Shown piece by piece: positions 47,295-57,246 of a stretch of 64,000 nt of DNA. Source of the stretch: Candidatus Bathyarchaeota archaeon (lineage in GTDB: Archaea; Thermoproteota; Bathyarchaeia; 40CM-2-53-6); the NCBI GenBank assembly GCA_963733055.1, contig CAVTBR010000001.1:608001-672000 (forward strand), read 5' to 3'. A program made the translations under genes and the position numbers. Within the stretch, counting starts at the first letter, position 1. Every line of letters starts with the position of its first letter. A model generated the notes under the pieces. That model was not told where the DNA came from, made no database searches, and saw only the letters and a program-made list of their open reading frames with translations.

Positions 47295-48098
47295 TCAGCC
47301 CGGATTATGGACCACTTCACTTGCTTTTTGACTAGTTAACTTTCTTTGAGTTGAAAGTCGTTTGTTCCAGGTCAGTGCAACGTACCAGAAGCCACATGCT
47401 ACGGCTAGGAATAGGGCGTAGCCTAGGTAAGTGTGGGCTAGGTAGAGCGCGTCTAGACCCCAACGGAAACCTACGAGAATAACTACATACACCCTCAGTA
47501 TCGTCGCCGCAAAGGTAACCCCTACCCCCGTCAGCAATAGGAATACGAGTCTGACTACTCCGAGAGATTTTCCTACGTCTAGGGTTACGAAGCTGAATGC
47601 GGCGATGAACATAAGGAATGAGAGGAATCCTCCACAGAGTGGAGTCACTTCAACTCCCCCAATCATCGATGGAGGTCCGAAGGATAGTATGTCGCCTGAG
47701 ACTGTGACTGGAATGTTAGTTACGTGAAGTAGGGCGACTGTAACGATCACGTTCAGCGTCCCGAATGCTGCGCCCAACGGGGAGCTGGATGCATAGGTTT
47801 CAAGTTGCACTGCATGTATCAGCCACGCAACCACCATCGCAACGCAGAGCACGGGCCACATATCCCGGTAACCCGAAAAGAACCGGGCACCGTAAAGCAC
47901 CCATCTCGAACCAACCGCGAACAACAACACCCCAAACCCCATGACAGTTATCCAAAACGCATCAGCCGCGGAGAGCTGGAAATATCGAAGGATAACGAGT
48001 GAGATGAAAATTAAGATCGAACCAAAAAATACCTTCGCCCTCGACCCCAACTCCATAAACAACTTACCCGCGTTCGATCTTTCGATCAGCTTCAACAC
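47295..48098 (-). CDS. Archaeosortase/exosortase-family transpeptidase
   Basis: Polytopic; EVTPLCGG (Cys), ILRV (Arg), LAHTYLG (His) triad; adjacent to a PEF-CTERM protein. Confidence 0.85.
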   Translation of the reverse strand: MLKLIERSNAGKLFMELGSRAKVFFGSILIFISLVILRYFQLSAADAFWITVMGFGVLLFAVGSRWVLYGARFFSGYRDMWPVLCVAMVVAWLIHAVQLETYASSSPLGAAFGTLNVIVTVALLHVTNIPVTVSGDILSFGPPSMIGGVEVTPLCGGFLSFLMFIAAFSFVTLDVGKSLGVVRLVFLLLTGVGVTFAATILRVYVVILVGFRWGLDALYLAHTYLGYALFLAVACGFWYVALTWNKRLSTQRKLTSQKASEVVHNPG

Positions 48099-48103
48099 AG
48101 CGA

Positions 48104-49582
48104 CTAAACAGGTTTTGGTTTCCTAACTCGGCCGCGGCCACGCTTCGAAACCTGTAACCCAATCACCAGCATCAATAGCGACGCGACCACAGCCAACGGG
48201 TCTGGGAATTCAGGTATCGTATTCTGTCCGGCAATGACGATTACATGTCTTCCGGCAGCATAGGTGAGGTAGACATGGTACGAGTTTGCGTCGGTGAAAG
48301 TTGAAGGGTTAGCAGTCATGTTATCGACGAGCACGACTACTTGCCCGTTGATAGAGCCCATTGGGACGGCCGCGTTTAGGGAACCAATGGACCCGTTGGG
48401 CTCTGTGAGTTGAATTGTGAAGGTTTTGCTCGCCGCGTTGTAGGTTGTATTTGCTGCGTTAACCTGGCCGTTGGTGAGGAAAGCGAGTGTGATGTTTCCT
48501 GATTGAATTGAGGTATATGTTCCCGCGAACCGAGCTTTGAAGAAACCTATGATGTCTTGCAGGATTTCTGGTTGGACGGCGGTTCCTATCCAGACGTGGG
48601 TGTAGGGAAATGGGTCTAGTCGGACGAGGTCGCTTGGTGCGTTTTTGGTCCAGACGAATGCTGATTGCATGCTAATGCTTCCTGAGTCCCCCATGCCCCA
48701 GATTAGGAGGTGGGGCACCTTTGCTTGGCTTGATAATTGCGCCGTCTTGAATACGGCCGGGTCTGTCTGGGTTGAGCCGGCAGGTCCCTGCATTTCGGCA
48801 TCCATTATCACAGCCAAACTGAACAAACCATAATTATCATTCACAAGGGTCCACGCCGCAAGTGTGCCTCCCGCGCTCCAACCGAGCAAATACACTTGGC
48901 TAATACCCATACCATACTTCACAAGGGCCGCGAGGACATAGGGGAAGATTGGGAGATTCTCAACGAACCACCCAATTGGGGCAACCACATTGAAACCAGC
49001 GTTTACGAGAGAGTTGAGGACTCCAATTGTGTTCTGGTCGAGTTGGGTATCGCCGGTGAGGATGGGTTGGTCGTATCCTCCGCTAAAGAATATGACAGCT
49101 GGGAATCCCACGGATTGAATGTTAATGTAGGCATTTAGATGGCCCGTGAATTCGCTCTCATAAATTCCCGCCACGTCTCCTGAAGGCGAGACGTAGGAGT
49201 ATTCGTCGGATAGTGTAGTTGTCCATGCTTGAGCCGAGTCGTTCATTGTGATCTTGAAATGCATTGGGTAATTAATGGAAACGTTGGGCATCATCGCGCT
49301 CAAATGCCACGCCCCGTTCGCGTCGGTGGTCGCGTTTAGACGGGTGGATTGGTAGTTTCCGGCGTCGCTATACTGAATCTGAACCCCACCCTGACCTCCA
49401 CCAAATCGGTCGGTAACCACTCCCGTTAGGTCAACTCTCTCGTCAAACTTGGGCTGAACGTCGGTTGAGTATACCGCGTACTCGCAGCAAGGGCTCGCGT
49501 AAGCTCGGGTTTCATGCGGCAGGAACGAAAGCGAGACGAAAGCCAAGAGCAAGATTGCGAGCGCTGCGCCATGCTTCGACAT
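48104..49582 (-). CDS. Secreted alpha/beta-hydrolase-domain surface protein with PEF-CTERM sorting signal
   Basis: Signal peptide; LGWSAGG nucleophile elbow; C-terminal IPEFP + TM helix + KRGRGRVRK. Confidence 0.82.
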   Translation of the reverse strand: MSKHGAALAILLLAFVSLSFLPHETRAYASPCCEYAVYSTDVQPKFDERVDLTGVVTDRFGGGQGGVQIQYSDAGNYQSTRLNATTDANGAWHLSAMMPNVSINYPMHFKITMNDSAQAWTTTLSDEYSYVSPSGDVAGIYESEFTGHLNAYINIQSVGFPAVIFFSGGYDQPILTGDTQLDQNTIGVLNSLVNAGFNVVAPIGWFVENLPIFPYVLAALVKYGMGISQVYLLGWSAGGTLAAWTLVNDNYGLFSLAVIMDAEMQGPAGSTQTDPAVFKTAQLSSQAKVPHLLIWGMGDSGSISMQSAFVWTKNAPSDLVRLDPFPYTHVWIGTAVQPEILQDIIGFFKARFAGTYTSIQSGNITLAFLTNGQVNAANTTYNAASKTFTIQLTEPNGSIGSLNAAVPMGSINGQVVVLVDNMTANPSTFTDANSYHVYLTYAAGRHVIVIAGQNTIPEFPDPLAVVASLLMLVIGLQVSKRGRGRVRKPKPV

Positions 49583-49607
49583 TGTACTAGCCGCAACACT
49601 CGCAAGT

Positions 49608-49635
49608 AGAGCACTATATTTGCGTTAACCGCTAG
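49608..49635. repeat. 28-bp direct repeat copy 1 (bounds the four-gene block 49675-53038)
   Basis: agagcactatatttgcgttaaccgctag versus agagcactatatctgggttaaccgcaag at 53159-53186 (25/28). Confidence 0.85.
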
Positions 49636-49674
49636 GGTATAGAGGTGACGCAGCAGTTTCCAGGGCCGTTCACT

Positions 49675-50412
49675 TTAACGGACGTCGATCGCGGTTTTGT
49701 CTTGGATGAGTCGTTCCATTTGCCGCTTCGCAAGTAAGAACTTGAGAATGGGGATAATGAATCTCCGCCAATCGATGGCGACGTTCATCTTTGATGTGTC
49801 GTCTCCGTATATGCATCTGATCGGCACTTCGCGCCAGTTAAGGAAGGTAACCGCCTGGGAAAGCATCCAGGGTTCCATCTCGTAGCGGTTGAAGTTGTGG
49901 GCTGGCATTATGAGGCTGTATAAGGCGGATTTGGTGTAGGCACGATATCCGCATGTGTAATCAGTTATGTTTGCGCCGATCATTATCCTAAAGAAATTTG
50001 TAAGCACGATATTTCCAAATCTTCTGACGCGGGGCATCTTAGAGACATCTCCTAAGAACCGACTTCCCTGTACGAATTGCGCTCGATCGTCAACGATAGT
50101 TTTGACGAACTGAATAATGTCATCTGGGTCAGTCTGGCCATCGCCTGCCATGAAGACGACCACGTCGAAATCGATCTTGCGAGCATATTCCACAGCAGTT
50201 CTGATTGCGGCTCCACTCCCAAGATTTTGTTCGTGAGACAGAACTAGGGCACCGGCTTCGAGCGCTTCACTGCGAGTTGAATCCGTACTTCCATCGTCAA
50301 CAACTAACGTGTAGTCGATAGGGCTGTTACGAAGAGATCGAACAACAGTTCCTATTTTTCCTTCTTCATTGAAGGCTGGGATTATCGCCAGTAATTTCTT
50401 TCCGTATAGCAT
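49675..50412 (-). CDS. GT2, Dol-P-sugar synthase-like
   Basis: IIPAFNEE, VVDDGSTD, GAAIRT, MAGDGQTDP, VQGSRF, TDYTCGYRAY. Confidence 0.88.
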   Translation of the reverse strand: MLYGKKLLAIIPAFNEEGKIGTVVRSLRNSPIDYTLVVDDGSTDSTRSEALEAGALVLSHEQNLGSGAAIRTAVEYARKIDFDVVVFMAGDGQTDPDDIIQFVKTIVDDRAQFVQGSRFLGDVSKMPRVRRFGNIVLTNFFRIMIGANITDYTCGYRAYTKSALYSLIMPAHNFNRYEMEPWMLSQAVTFLNWREVPIRCIYGDDTSKMNVAIDWRRFIIPILKFLLAKRQMERLIQDKTAIDVR

Positions 50413-50424
50413 ACAGACCAGTTC

Positions 50425-51099
50425 TCATGTTGACATGCGAAGGTCGCTAACAAATTTCCTGTAGTGACGTATTGAAAGATCGAGCTCTCGCTTCCGTTTC
50501 TGCAAATGCTCCTGAAGTAGACCTTTCCATGATGTTCCAGATTTACTCCACCAGAAAGGGTGGACAAGCGCCTGAATTCGTGTAGATCTGTCGAGGTGAA
50601 GGCACAAGCAGCCTTCGCGCCATCTTTGCAGACTGTCGCTCACGTATTTCATATCCGAGAAGAACTGTGGGGAATATGCGTCCTTTTGCGTTAGACTGAG
50701 ATTCCGCCGTCGCGTTGTTGTTGGATTGTGCATCGAAACTGCAGCAATATGTATCTCGAAAAATCGTGAGACGAAACGGACTTCCGACTTCAATATTGAA
50801 CTTGGGTTTTGGCTTCCTAGCGCGGCAGCGTCATAGTGATAACCAATTTCGTGCCCGAGATCGAGGATTTCATTTACATTCCTTGTGGCCTGCACGTCCA
50901 GCAGATTGTAGAATGGAGAGTGTAGCATTACGAAATATGTTGAGTTTACTCCGAGAGCATGCTCTATTTCTGCCATCCTAACAGCATGGTCAAGTGAGAC
51001 ATCAACGTCATGACGCAGTATGAGTTGTCGGTGCGTGCTCTTGTTTACGTTCTGGAAACCCACGAATCTGTAGCCTAGGGCGTTAGCTTTCAGTAACAT
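50425..51099 (-). CDS. WbmS-like polysaccharide deacetylase (NodB-fold) protein
   Basis: ILRHDVDVS, STYFV..SPFYN, GHEIGYHYD, VSMHNP, YVSDS, LVHPFWW. Confidence 0.8.
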   Translation of the reverse strand: MLLKANALGYRFVGFQNVNKSTHRQLILRHDVDVSLDHAVRMAEIEHALGVNSTYFVMLHSPFYNLLDVQATRNVNEILDLGHEIGYHYDAAALGSQNPSSILKSEVRFVSRFFEIHIAAVSMHNPTTTRRRNLSLTQKDAYSPQFFSDMKYVSDSLQRWREGCLCLHLDRSTRIQALVHPFWWSKSGTSWKGLLQEHLQKRKRELDLSIRHYRKFVSDLRMST

Positions 51100-51130
51100 A
51101 TTCCTGTAATGCGTGTACGTGAAGTTGTGT

Positions 51131-51886
51131 TCACTTCTTGCCGACGAATCCGATCACTTCCTTTGTTGTTATGAACACTCTTTCTCTTTCGAAGTGCTCT
51201 TTGACTGATTGCAGAAATGCGTTCTCGAACGCAGGATTGTATACGTAATACGATTTCCAATAGGTTGTAAGTTGTTCGGGGTGAGTGAAGGTGAGTGTAT
51301 TGGTGAAACGAGCAGTTTCGAATATTGAGAATATTCTTTGCATCTCTCTTCCAACCCGCTTCATTTGTCCGATCGTGTTTGTTCTCGGAAGGGGCATGAA
51401 TGTTTTGCAGAACTTTAGGAGTTCACGATTGTTGCCTACGGTGGGGCCGCACACGAAACACCTACCGCTTGGCTGCAATTTCGTAATTATCTCGTCGATA
51501 ACTCGAATAGGGTTGGCAGCATAGTAGATCGAGAAGTTCGACATTATGATGTCAAAAGATAGTTCTTGAAAACAGTTCAGGGAGTTAAAGTCGGATAGAA
51601 CGGCCTGGACATTACTTGCGCGTGTCTTCTCCGATAGGTCGGATAATTCCCGTAGCAAATTGATGGAGATATCAAGACCAACGGCCAACCCATTCTCACT
51701 TAGCTTCCTCGACAGGTTACATAATTGCCGGCCCGCGCCGCAGCCCAGCTCCAACAGCCTTTCCCCTCTTCTGGGTGCAACATTAGAGAATATCCAATCA
51801 GAGATTTCCGCGCTAGACAAACGGGCATGGATAGATTCTCTGATTGCTGCGTCCTGAGATTGTTTATCAAACAATTGATCCGCCAA
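51131..51886 (-). CDS. Class I SAM-dependent methyltransferase
   Basis: LLELGCGAG, VGLDIS, FDIIMSNFSIYY, LQPSG. Confidence 0.85.
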   Translation of the reverse strand: MADQLFDKQSQDAAIRESIHARLSSAEISDWIFSNVAPRRGERLLELGCGAGRQLCNLSRKLSENGLAVGLDISINLLRELSDLSEKTRASNVQAVLSDFNSLNCFQELSFDIIMSNFSIYYAANPIRVIDEIITKLQPSGRCFVCGPTVGNNRELLKFCKTFMPLPRTNTIGQMKRVGREMQRIFSIFETARFTNTLTFTHPEQLTTYWKSYYVYNPAFENAFLQSVKEHFERERVFITTKEVIGFVGKK

Positions 51887-51982
51887 GAATCGGACAAAAT
51901 TCAGCTTGGGGAGGCGTTCGATTCTCTTCGCGGGACTCGTCCAGCTCGACGGGGCGAGGTTGCACTATCTGTGATGCCCAGT

Positions 51983-53038
51983 CTATTTCCTTCCTTCGCG
52001 ATATTGTTGTCGCATCTGGTTTATGGTCAATCGCAAACCGTCACGAAAGTCGATCTGAGGGCTGAACAGCAGAGTCTGGCGCACTTTTAGGATGGACGGA
52101 TGGAAGTGCTTAACGTGTGGGCGGTTTCCAATATCAATGTGAATTGACTTTCGATTCGATCCGAGGTATTTCAATGTGAGTCTTGCAAGATAGTTGATTG
52201 CGTAGGATCTTCTTCCAGCTATATTTATGGTATGGCCTAACGCGCCCTTGCGGTCTGAGAGAAGAATTGCTCGAACAGCGTCCTGAACGAATAGGAATGG
52301 TCTTGTCTGTTTTCCGCTTCCGTATATGGTAAGAGGCCTGTTGCGAAGAGCTTTGTGGATGAATATTGATACTACACCCCCGTACCGCGAGCTGTCTTGT
52401 CTCGGTCCAAAAACAGAGTGAAGTCTCAGTATCACGCTCTCGATCCCGTACGTATCTACGTATGCTCCCACGTAGGATTCTGCTGCAAGTTTGCTTGCGC
52501 CGTAGATCGTGTTAGGAGATGTTGGCCCATCTTCTCTATTCAGCCCCACTGAACCGTGTCCGTAGACGGACCCGGTGGAAAGATAGATGAATTTCGAATC
52601 AGTTCGGCGCACAGCTTCGAGGATGTTCAACGCTCCTAGACAATTGACGCTGTTACTCAACAATGGGTCCTCGACGCATTGCAGCAGCCGCACGGTCCAA
52701 GCGCCCACAACTACGTTAGGCCGTGTCGATTTTATAGCCTGAGAAATCTTTCTCCCATCCCGCACGTCAATCCGCAGATATTTTGCGGATGGATTCCTAT
52801 AATTGCCCATAGAAAAATTGTCCACAACCACAACTGAATCTCCCGCGACCACGAGATGATCCACAAGATGCCCCCCGATGAACCCTGCGCCCCCAATTAC
52901 AAGCCAGTATCTCCGCCCGGCAGCTTTGATAGAATAACTCGGGTTCATCCGGTTCGACCGACGGTATCTCGATTTTTCTGGATTTGAACGGGTACGCGTC
53001 CAATATTGATTAAGCTGTTCATCCTGCGCACCTAACAT
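51983..53038 (-). CDS. NAD-dependent epimerase/dehydratase (SDR); true start probably at or after 52948
   Basis: IGGAGFIGGH, STGSVYG, YGASK, VFGPRQ, RPFLFVQD. Confidence 0.88.
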   Translation of the reverse strand: MLGAQDEQLNQYWTRTRSNPEKSRYRRSNRMNPSYSIKAAGRRYWLVIGGAGFIGGHLVDHLVVAGDSVVVVDNFSMGNYRNPSAKYLRIDVRDGRKISQAIKSTRPNVVVGAWTVRLLQCVEDPLLSNSVNCLGALNILEAVRRTDSKFIYLSTGSVYGHGSVGLNREDGPTSPNTIYGASKLAAESYVGAYVDTYGIESVILRLHSVFGPRQDSSRYGGVVSIFIHKALRNRPLTIYGSGKQTRPFLFVQDAVRAILLSDRKGALGHTINIAGRRSYAINYLARLTLKYLGSNRKSIHIDIGNRPHVKHFHPSILKVRQTLLFSPQIDFRDGLRLTINQMRQQYREGRK

Positions 53039-53158
53039 CGGCTATTCGCTGTTCGTCGTCCAGAACCGGAGGTCTATCTAACGTGAGGGACAGCAAGTTC
53101 ACGGTCGCCGAAGCGCCAATCTATTCGATCAAAACCACGATACTTCGCCAAGAATAGG

Positions 53159-53186
53159 AGAGCACTATATCTGGGTTAACCGCAAG
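53159..53186. repeat. 28-bp direct repeat copy 2
   Basis: Matches 49608-49635 with 3 mismatches; lies about 35 bp before the GT4 start. Confidence 0.85.
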
Positions 53187-53220
53187 CCTATGGACGGACG
53201 AAGGTGCAGGAGAGCCACCA

Positions 53221-54394
53221 TTGAAGATTTGCATGGTCAATAGTTATTTTCCTCCATGGAGGGGAGGAGCCGAGACATACGTTCACGAGCTCTCGAAGGC
53301 CCTAGCGGTGCGCGGTCACGACGTCACGGTGCTTTGTACATCAGATCCACTCAAACCTGGAACGTGTAATGTGGATGGGGTTCGTGTAAAGAGGCTGCGA
53401 CGATTAACGAGAATCTACGGAACGCCGATACAAGCGGACCTTATCAAAGAACTGCGTGAATGCGACGCTGACATTTTTCACGCCAACTTTCCTAGCCCAT
53501 ATCTCTCCTTCACCGTGGCTCACGCATCATTCTTCAGGAAGATCCCAGCAGTGGTAACCTGGCATAATGATCTCCCTCCAGTCACTTCCGGAGCCCGCAT
53601 CCTAATCGAGGCACACAATCGAGTAATCCTACCCGAATACATCCGAAAATATCGTAAAGTAATCGCCACATCAGAAACATATCGAAGAAAATCTCCGATC
53701 CTCTCCAGCCTAGCACAGCGCAGTCCAAGTCATCCACAACGGAGTCGACTGTGAAAGGTTCCACCCCGGCGTGGATCCATCTTCAATTGAAGCGAGATTC
53801 GCGTTGAGCGGAAAGTTCGTCGTTTTGTTCGTGGGGGCATTAACGAAGTGGCATGGCTACAAGGGACTTGACGTTCTCTTGCAAGCGATGCGAATATCCG
53901 TCAACTCATCACGGAGGATTTTCCTGCTCGTTGTGGGGGATGGGGATTTGAAACCTAAGTATGAATCCATGACTCGTGACCTTGGCTTGGCAAATCATGT
54001 AATCTTCGCGGGCAACCCATCAGACAGAGAATTACCAGAGTTTTACGTTGCATCGAGTCTACTTGCTCTTCCGAGTAAGGATATGTCGGAAGGGTTCGGG
54101 TTGACACTTCTCGAGGCAAACGCCTCGGGACGACCCTGCATCGCCAGCGATACCGGCGGGATACCTGAAATGATCCGCGAAGGTTACAACGGGCATTTGG
54201 TTCCGCCAAATGACGCGCAAGCGCTTGCGCAAGGAATACTCAGTCTCGCGAAAGACGCTGACGCACGACGAAGAATGGGCGAGAATGGCAGAAAAATCGC
54301 ATTGTCACATGACTGGAAAATCGTCGCGAGTACAACCGAAAACGCTTACCTAACTTCAATCGCCGCAACCGAGACAATTAAGAAACCCGTTTAG
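53221..54394 (+). pseudogene. GT4 glycosyltransferase split by a frameshift near 53715 (or a sequencing indel)
   Basis: N-half has GGAETYV and VVTWHND; the shifted frame resumes VQVIHNGVDCERF..YKGLDVLL..EGFGLTLLEANASG. Confidence 0.85.
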
Positions 54395-54441
54395 ACTGTG
54401 TTTTGTTTCAAGACTCAGGTTATTCGTAAAGAGCGTTTGAC

Positions 54442-56274
54442 ATGTTCTTCTTATCGATTTTTCTCGGGCTGATAACGGGGTGCGCACTCATGCTCTTAGC
54501 TAGGACTACCTCAACCCCCAAAATCATACTCGGAGGGTTCGTGTTGGAACTCTCAATAATTATCCTACTCGCCGAAATCTTTGACTCACTCCATATTCCG
54601 GCCAGCGACTCAACCTACCTTCCCATATTCCTTGTACTCGCAATAGTTACCAGCATTCTTGCCTTGCGAATCAATCCTAAACTTTCGGTGAACGGCAAAG
54701 ACCTCGCAATTATGGTAATTGCGCTTGCAATCGTTCTAGTTTTCTTCCATTTTACGTTTCCCTCTCCTCTGCCCATGTCGGACGCCGTGGATACAGCGGG
54801 ACATTACATGATGGCGGAGAATATTCGAGAAACGGGACAATTAACCGGCCCCGGATCTTGGTATAACGTACTTGCTCCGGGTTTAGGGTATGCGGACTAT
54901 CCTTACGGGTACCATGTGGTGGCTGCACTCTTCAGTCAAAGCATCGGCCTACCTCTAATCTTCGTGCTGCAACCCTTTGCAGAGTTGTTAGTTGCCCTCA
55001 CAATCGCAATAACGATTTTCGTCGCCATTGAGTCTACGGGATGTCGGCGTTGGACCGCAGCGCCTCTCATAGCACTCGCGATCATGTCGACCTACACGTT
55101 CGATCTACTCACGTCGGGTTATTACTCTCAAATGATGGGCATCGTACTCACAGTAGGTTTCGTATGGCTCCTAACGAGCCCCGCGGGAAATGGTGTGAAG
55201 GGTTGGGCCCTGTTGTCTCTAATAGAAGCTTCCTTATGGTTAACATACCCTTACCTAACCCCCATCCCCCTTGCAATCCTCATCATCCAACTACTATACT
55301 CTAGAAGCATGACTATCACCCTAAGATTCCTCGGAATTTTCATCGCCTCTACCATTCTAGCGCTACCTCGTGTGCTGTGGTTCGTTCAAACGGCGCTGGG
55401 TCATTATCTGCCGGTAGCCGGAGCGACCTCTTCCCTACGAGACCTCTTACCATTAGCTACAATTGGTTCGCTCGGATTCGCTCTATTCCTAGTTTCGGCA
55501 CGGAAGAACAAATTGACCCTGAGGGAGCTAGCTGCCCCGTCTCTGTTCATCGCAGCTTTGCTTCAAACTCTCGGGTTATACGTAATAGACGAAATCCAGC
55601 ACTACGCATCCTATTTTCTTTTGAAATCAGGGTATCTTGCCTCATTCTCACTCATTGCCATGTCTGGACAACTCTTCAAGAACCTAAGTCTCCCCTCCTT
55701 GGGCTTCGTTAGAAAAATGACCTTGGGGTTAATCTTGGCTGTCTTGATCACAGGAAACATATTGTTTGGAGTGTTCGTCAATTATCGAGCGGTCGAACGG
55801 ACGCAAGCCCTCTCGCTTACGTTTCCAGTTTACGATGCTGCGATGTGGATCAGGAACAATGTGCCGAGCAACGTAACGGTCTGGACCATAGCTACTTCGC
55901 CCATACCATTCTGGGTCTTTACCATCTCTCATCATATATCCCCACAGAACGGGTTTTGGGGTCAACCACCGCCATCAAAGAGTCAATGGTTGAAGCAAGC
56001 GATCAATGGGTCCATGTTGCTGATTGTTGCCGAACCGGAGATCTCGACCGATTGGTTCACGAACGGAGGCTCAATTGGCCTCGCCAATTTCACGGTGAAG
56101 TTTCACGAAGCCAACGCCTACGTAGTCATCTTCAACCCCGAAGGTGGATATAATCAGGGGAATGCAAGCGCGAGTGTTACCCTGCAGAGCACGTTTCTCA
56201 AGCCGAACCCCTCGCTTTCCATCGCAGTTTCAGATTACTCTCATCGCTTCTCTCGACCACGGTTATCATTGTGA
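54442..56274 (+). CDS. Polytopic membrane protein, GT-C-like
   Basis: D..GH in a lumenal loop (DAVDTAGHY), YPYGYHVVAA, about 14 TM segments, DAAMWIRNN C-terminal domain. Confidence 0.65.
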   Translation: MFFLSIFLGLITGCALMLLARTTSTPKIILGGFVLELSIIILLAEIFDSLHIPASDSTYLPIFLVLAIVTSILALRINPKLSVNGKDLAIMVIALAIVLVFFHFTFPSPLPMSDAVDTAGHYMMAENIRETGQLTGPGSWYNVLAPGLGYADYPYGYHVVAALFSQSIGLPLIFVLQPFAELLVALTIAITIFVAIESTGCRRWTAAPLIALAIMSTYTFDLLTSGYYSQMMGIVLTVGFVWLLTSPAGNGVKGWALLSLIEASLWLTYPYLTPIPLAILIIQLLYSRSMTITLRFLGIFIASTILALPRVLWFVQTALGHYLPVAGATSSLRDLLPLATIGSLGFALFLVSARKNKLTLRELAAPSLFIAALLQTLGLYVIDEIQHYASYFLLKSGYLASFSLIAMSGQLFKNLSLPSLGFVRKMTLGLILAVLITGNILFGVFVNYRAVERTQALSLTFPVYDAAMWIRNNVPSNVTVWTIATSPIPFWVFTISHHISPQNGFWGQPPPSKSQWLKQAINGSMLLIVAEPEISTDWFTNGGSIGLANFTVKFHEANAYVVIFNPEGGYNQGNASASVTLQSTFLKPNPSLSIAVSDYSHRFSRPRLSL

Positions 56275-57127
56275 ATAGGATTATCCCGGTGAAGAGTGAG
56301 AGCAGGCCTATGAGGCCGGACGCTATGGAGACTAGTGCTAGGTTAGTTATTACTCGGCCGTAAGTTTGGTAGTAGTTCAAAGTTAGTATGCCGTAGAAGA
56401 CTGAGTTTGCCAACGCAATCAACGCGAACCCCCCGTAGAATAGCAACGGGTGCCTGATGGAAACGAACTTCACGAGACTGAAAAAAACGTCTAACGAATG
56501 CATCAGAGGGTTGTATGTTGATGAGTCTAGGCCGGAGTACGCCGCCGCAATTGGAACTTCAACAATTCGCATTCCCGCCCGATCGGCTTTCATTAGAAGT
56601 TCCGAGTCAGCTCCCATCCCAACTTCAGCAGCCACAAGGCCATCGATCGCCTTCCTAGAGTACGCCCTGAACCCGCTCTGGGTGTCGACGAATCGGTCTC
56701 CGACCTTAACCCGAGTCGCCAAGTCCAACATTCGTGCCCCCGCCCATCGATGGCGTGGCATATCGTTGGGTCTGGCTGTGCGACTCGCTATGACCACATC
56801 AACCTCTCCCATCTCCATCGCGTCTAGAAGCAACGGAATCTTCGACGGGTCATGTTGCCCGTCCGCATCCAAAGTTACGAGAACATCTGCCCCGTTCCGC
56901 TTGGCCCATTCGAAGCAATCCCTTAACCCCGACCCCTTACCAAGATTCTTCTCGTGCCGGACTACCGCGGCTCCTAGACTCTTAGCGATCAGGCCCGTAT
57001 CGTCGCCGCTTCCATCGTCAACCACCAAAACTCTTGTGGCGTACTTTTGGGATCTTACAATTACCTTCGCAATTGTCGCTTCCTCGTTGAAAGCAGGTAT
57101 CCCAACTACGACGTTCAAACGCGCCAC
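56198..57127 (-). CDS. GT2 Dol-P-sugar synthase-like with two C-terminal TMs (AglJ/DPM-like)
   Basis: GIPAFNEE, VVDDGSGD, NLGKG, TLDADGQHDP, DTQSGFRAYS. Confidence 0.9.
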   Translation of the reverse strand: MARLNVVVGIPAFNEEATIAKVIVRSQKYATRVLVVDDGSGDDTGLIAKSLGAAVVRHEKNLGKGSGLRDCFEWAKRNGADVLVTLDADGQHDPSKIPLLLDAMEMGEVDVVIASRTARPNDMPRHRWAGARMLDLATRVKVGDRFVDTQSGFRAYSRKAIDGLVAAEVGMGADSELLMKADRAGMRIVEVPIAAAYSGLDSSTYNPLMHSLDVFFSLVKFVSIRHPLLFYGGFALIALANSVFYGILTLNYYQTYGRVITNLALVSIASGLIGLLSLFTGIILFTMITVVERSDESNLKLRWKARGSA

Positions 57128-57246
57128 CCGGTGGATACCTGCCCATCGCTGCTTAAAATCCCATGACTGACCACAGCCATAACCGGCGAAATCTAGAGGT
57201 TCTAAATTGTTTCAGGCTTACATGAATCGCGCAATTCATGAGAGAA

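Noticed and set aside
2913-57170. Long antisense ORFs in the track (e.g. 2913-3350, 8885-9382, 56457-57170)
   Set aside because: Shadows of well-supported genes on the opposite strand, with no independent motifs
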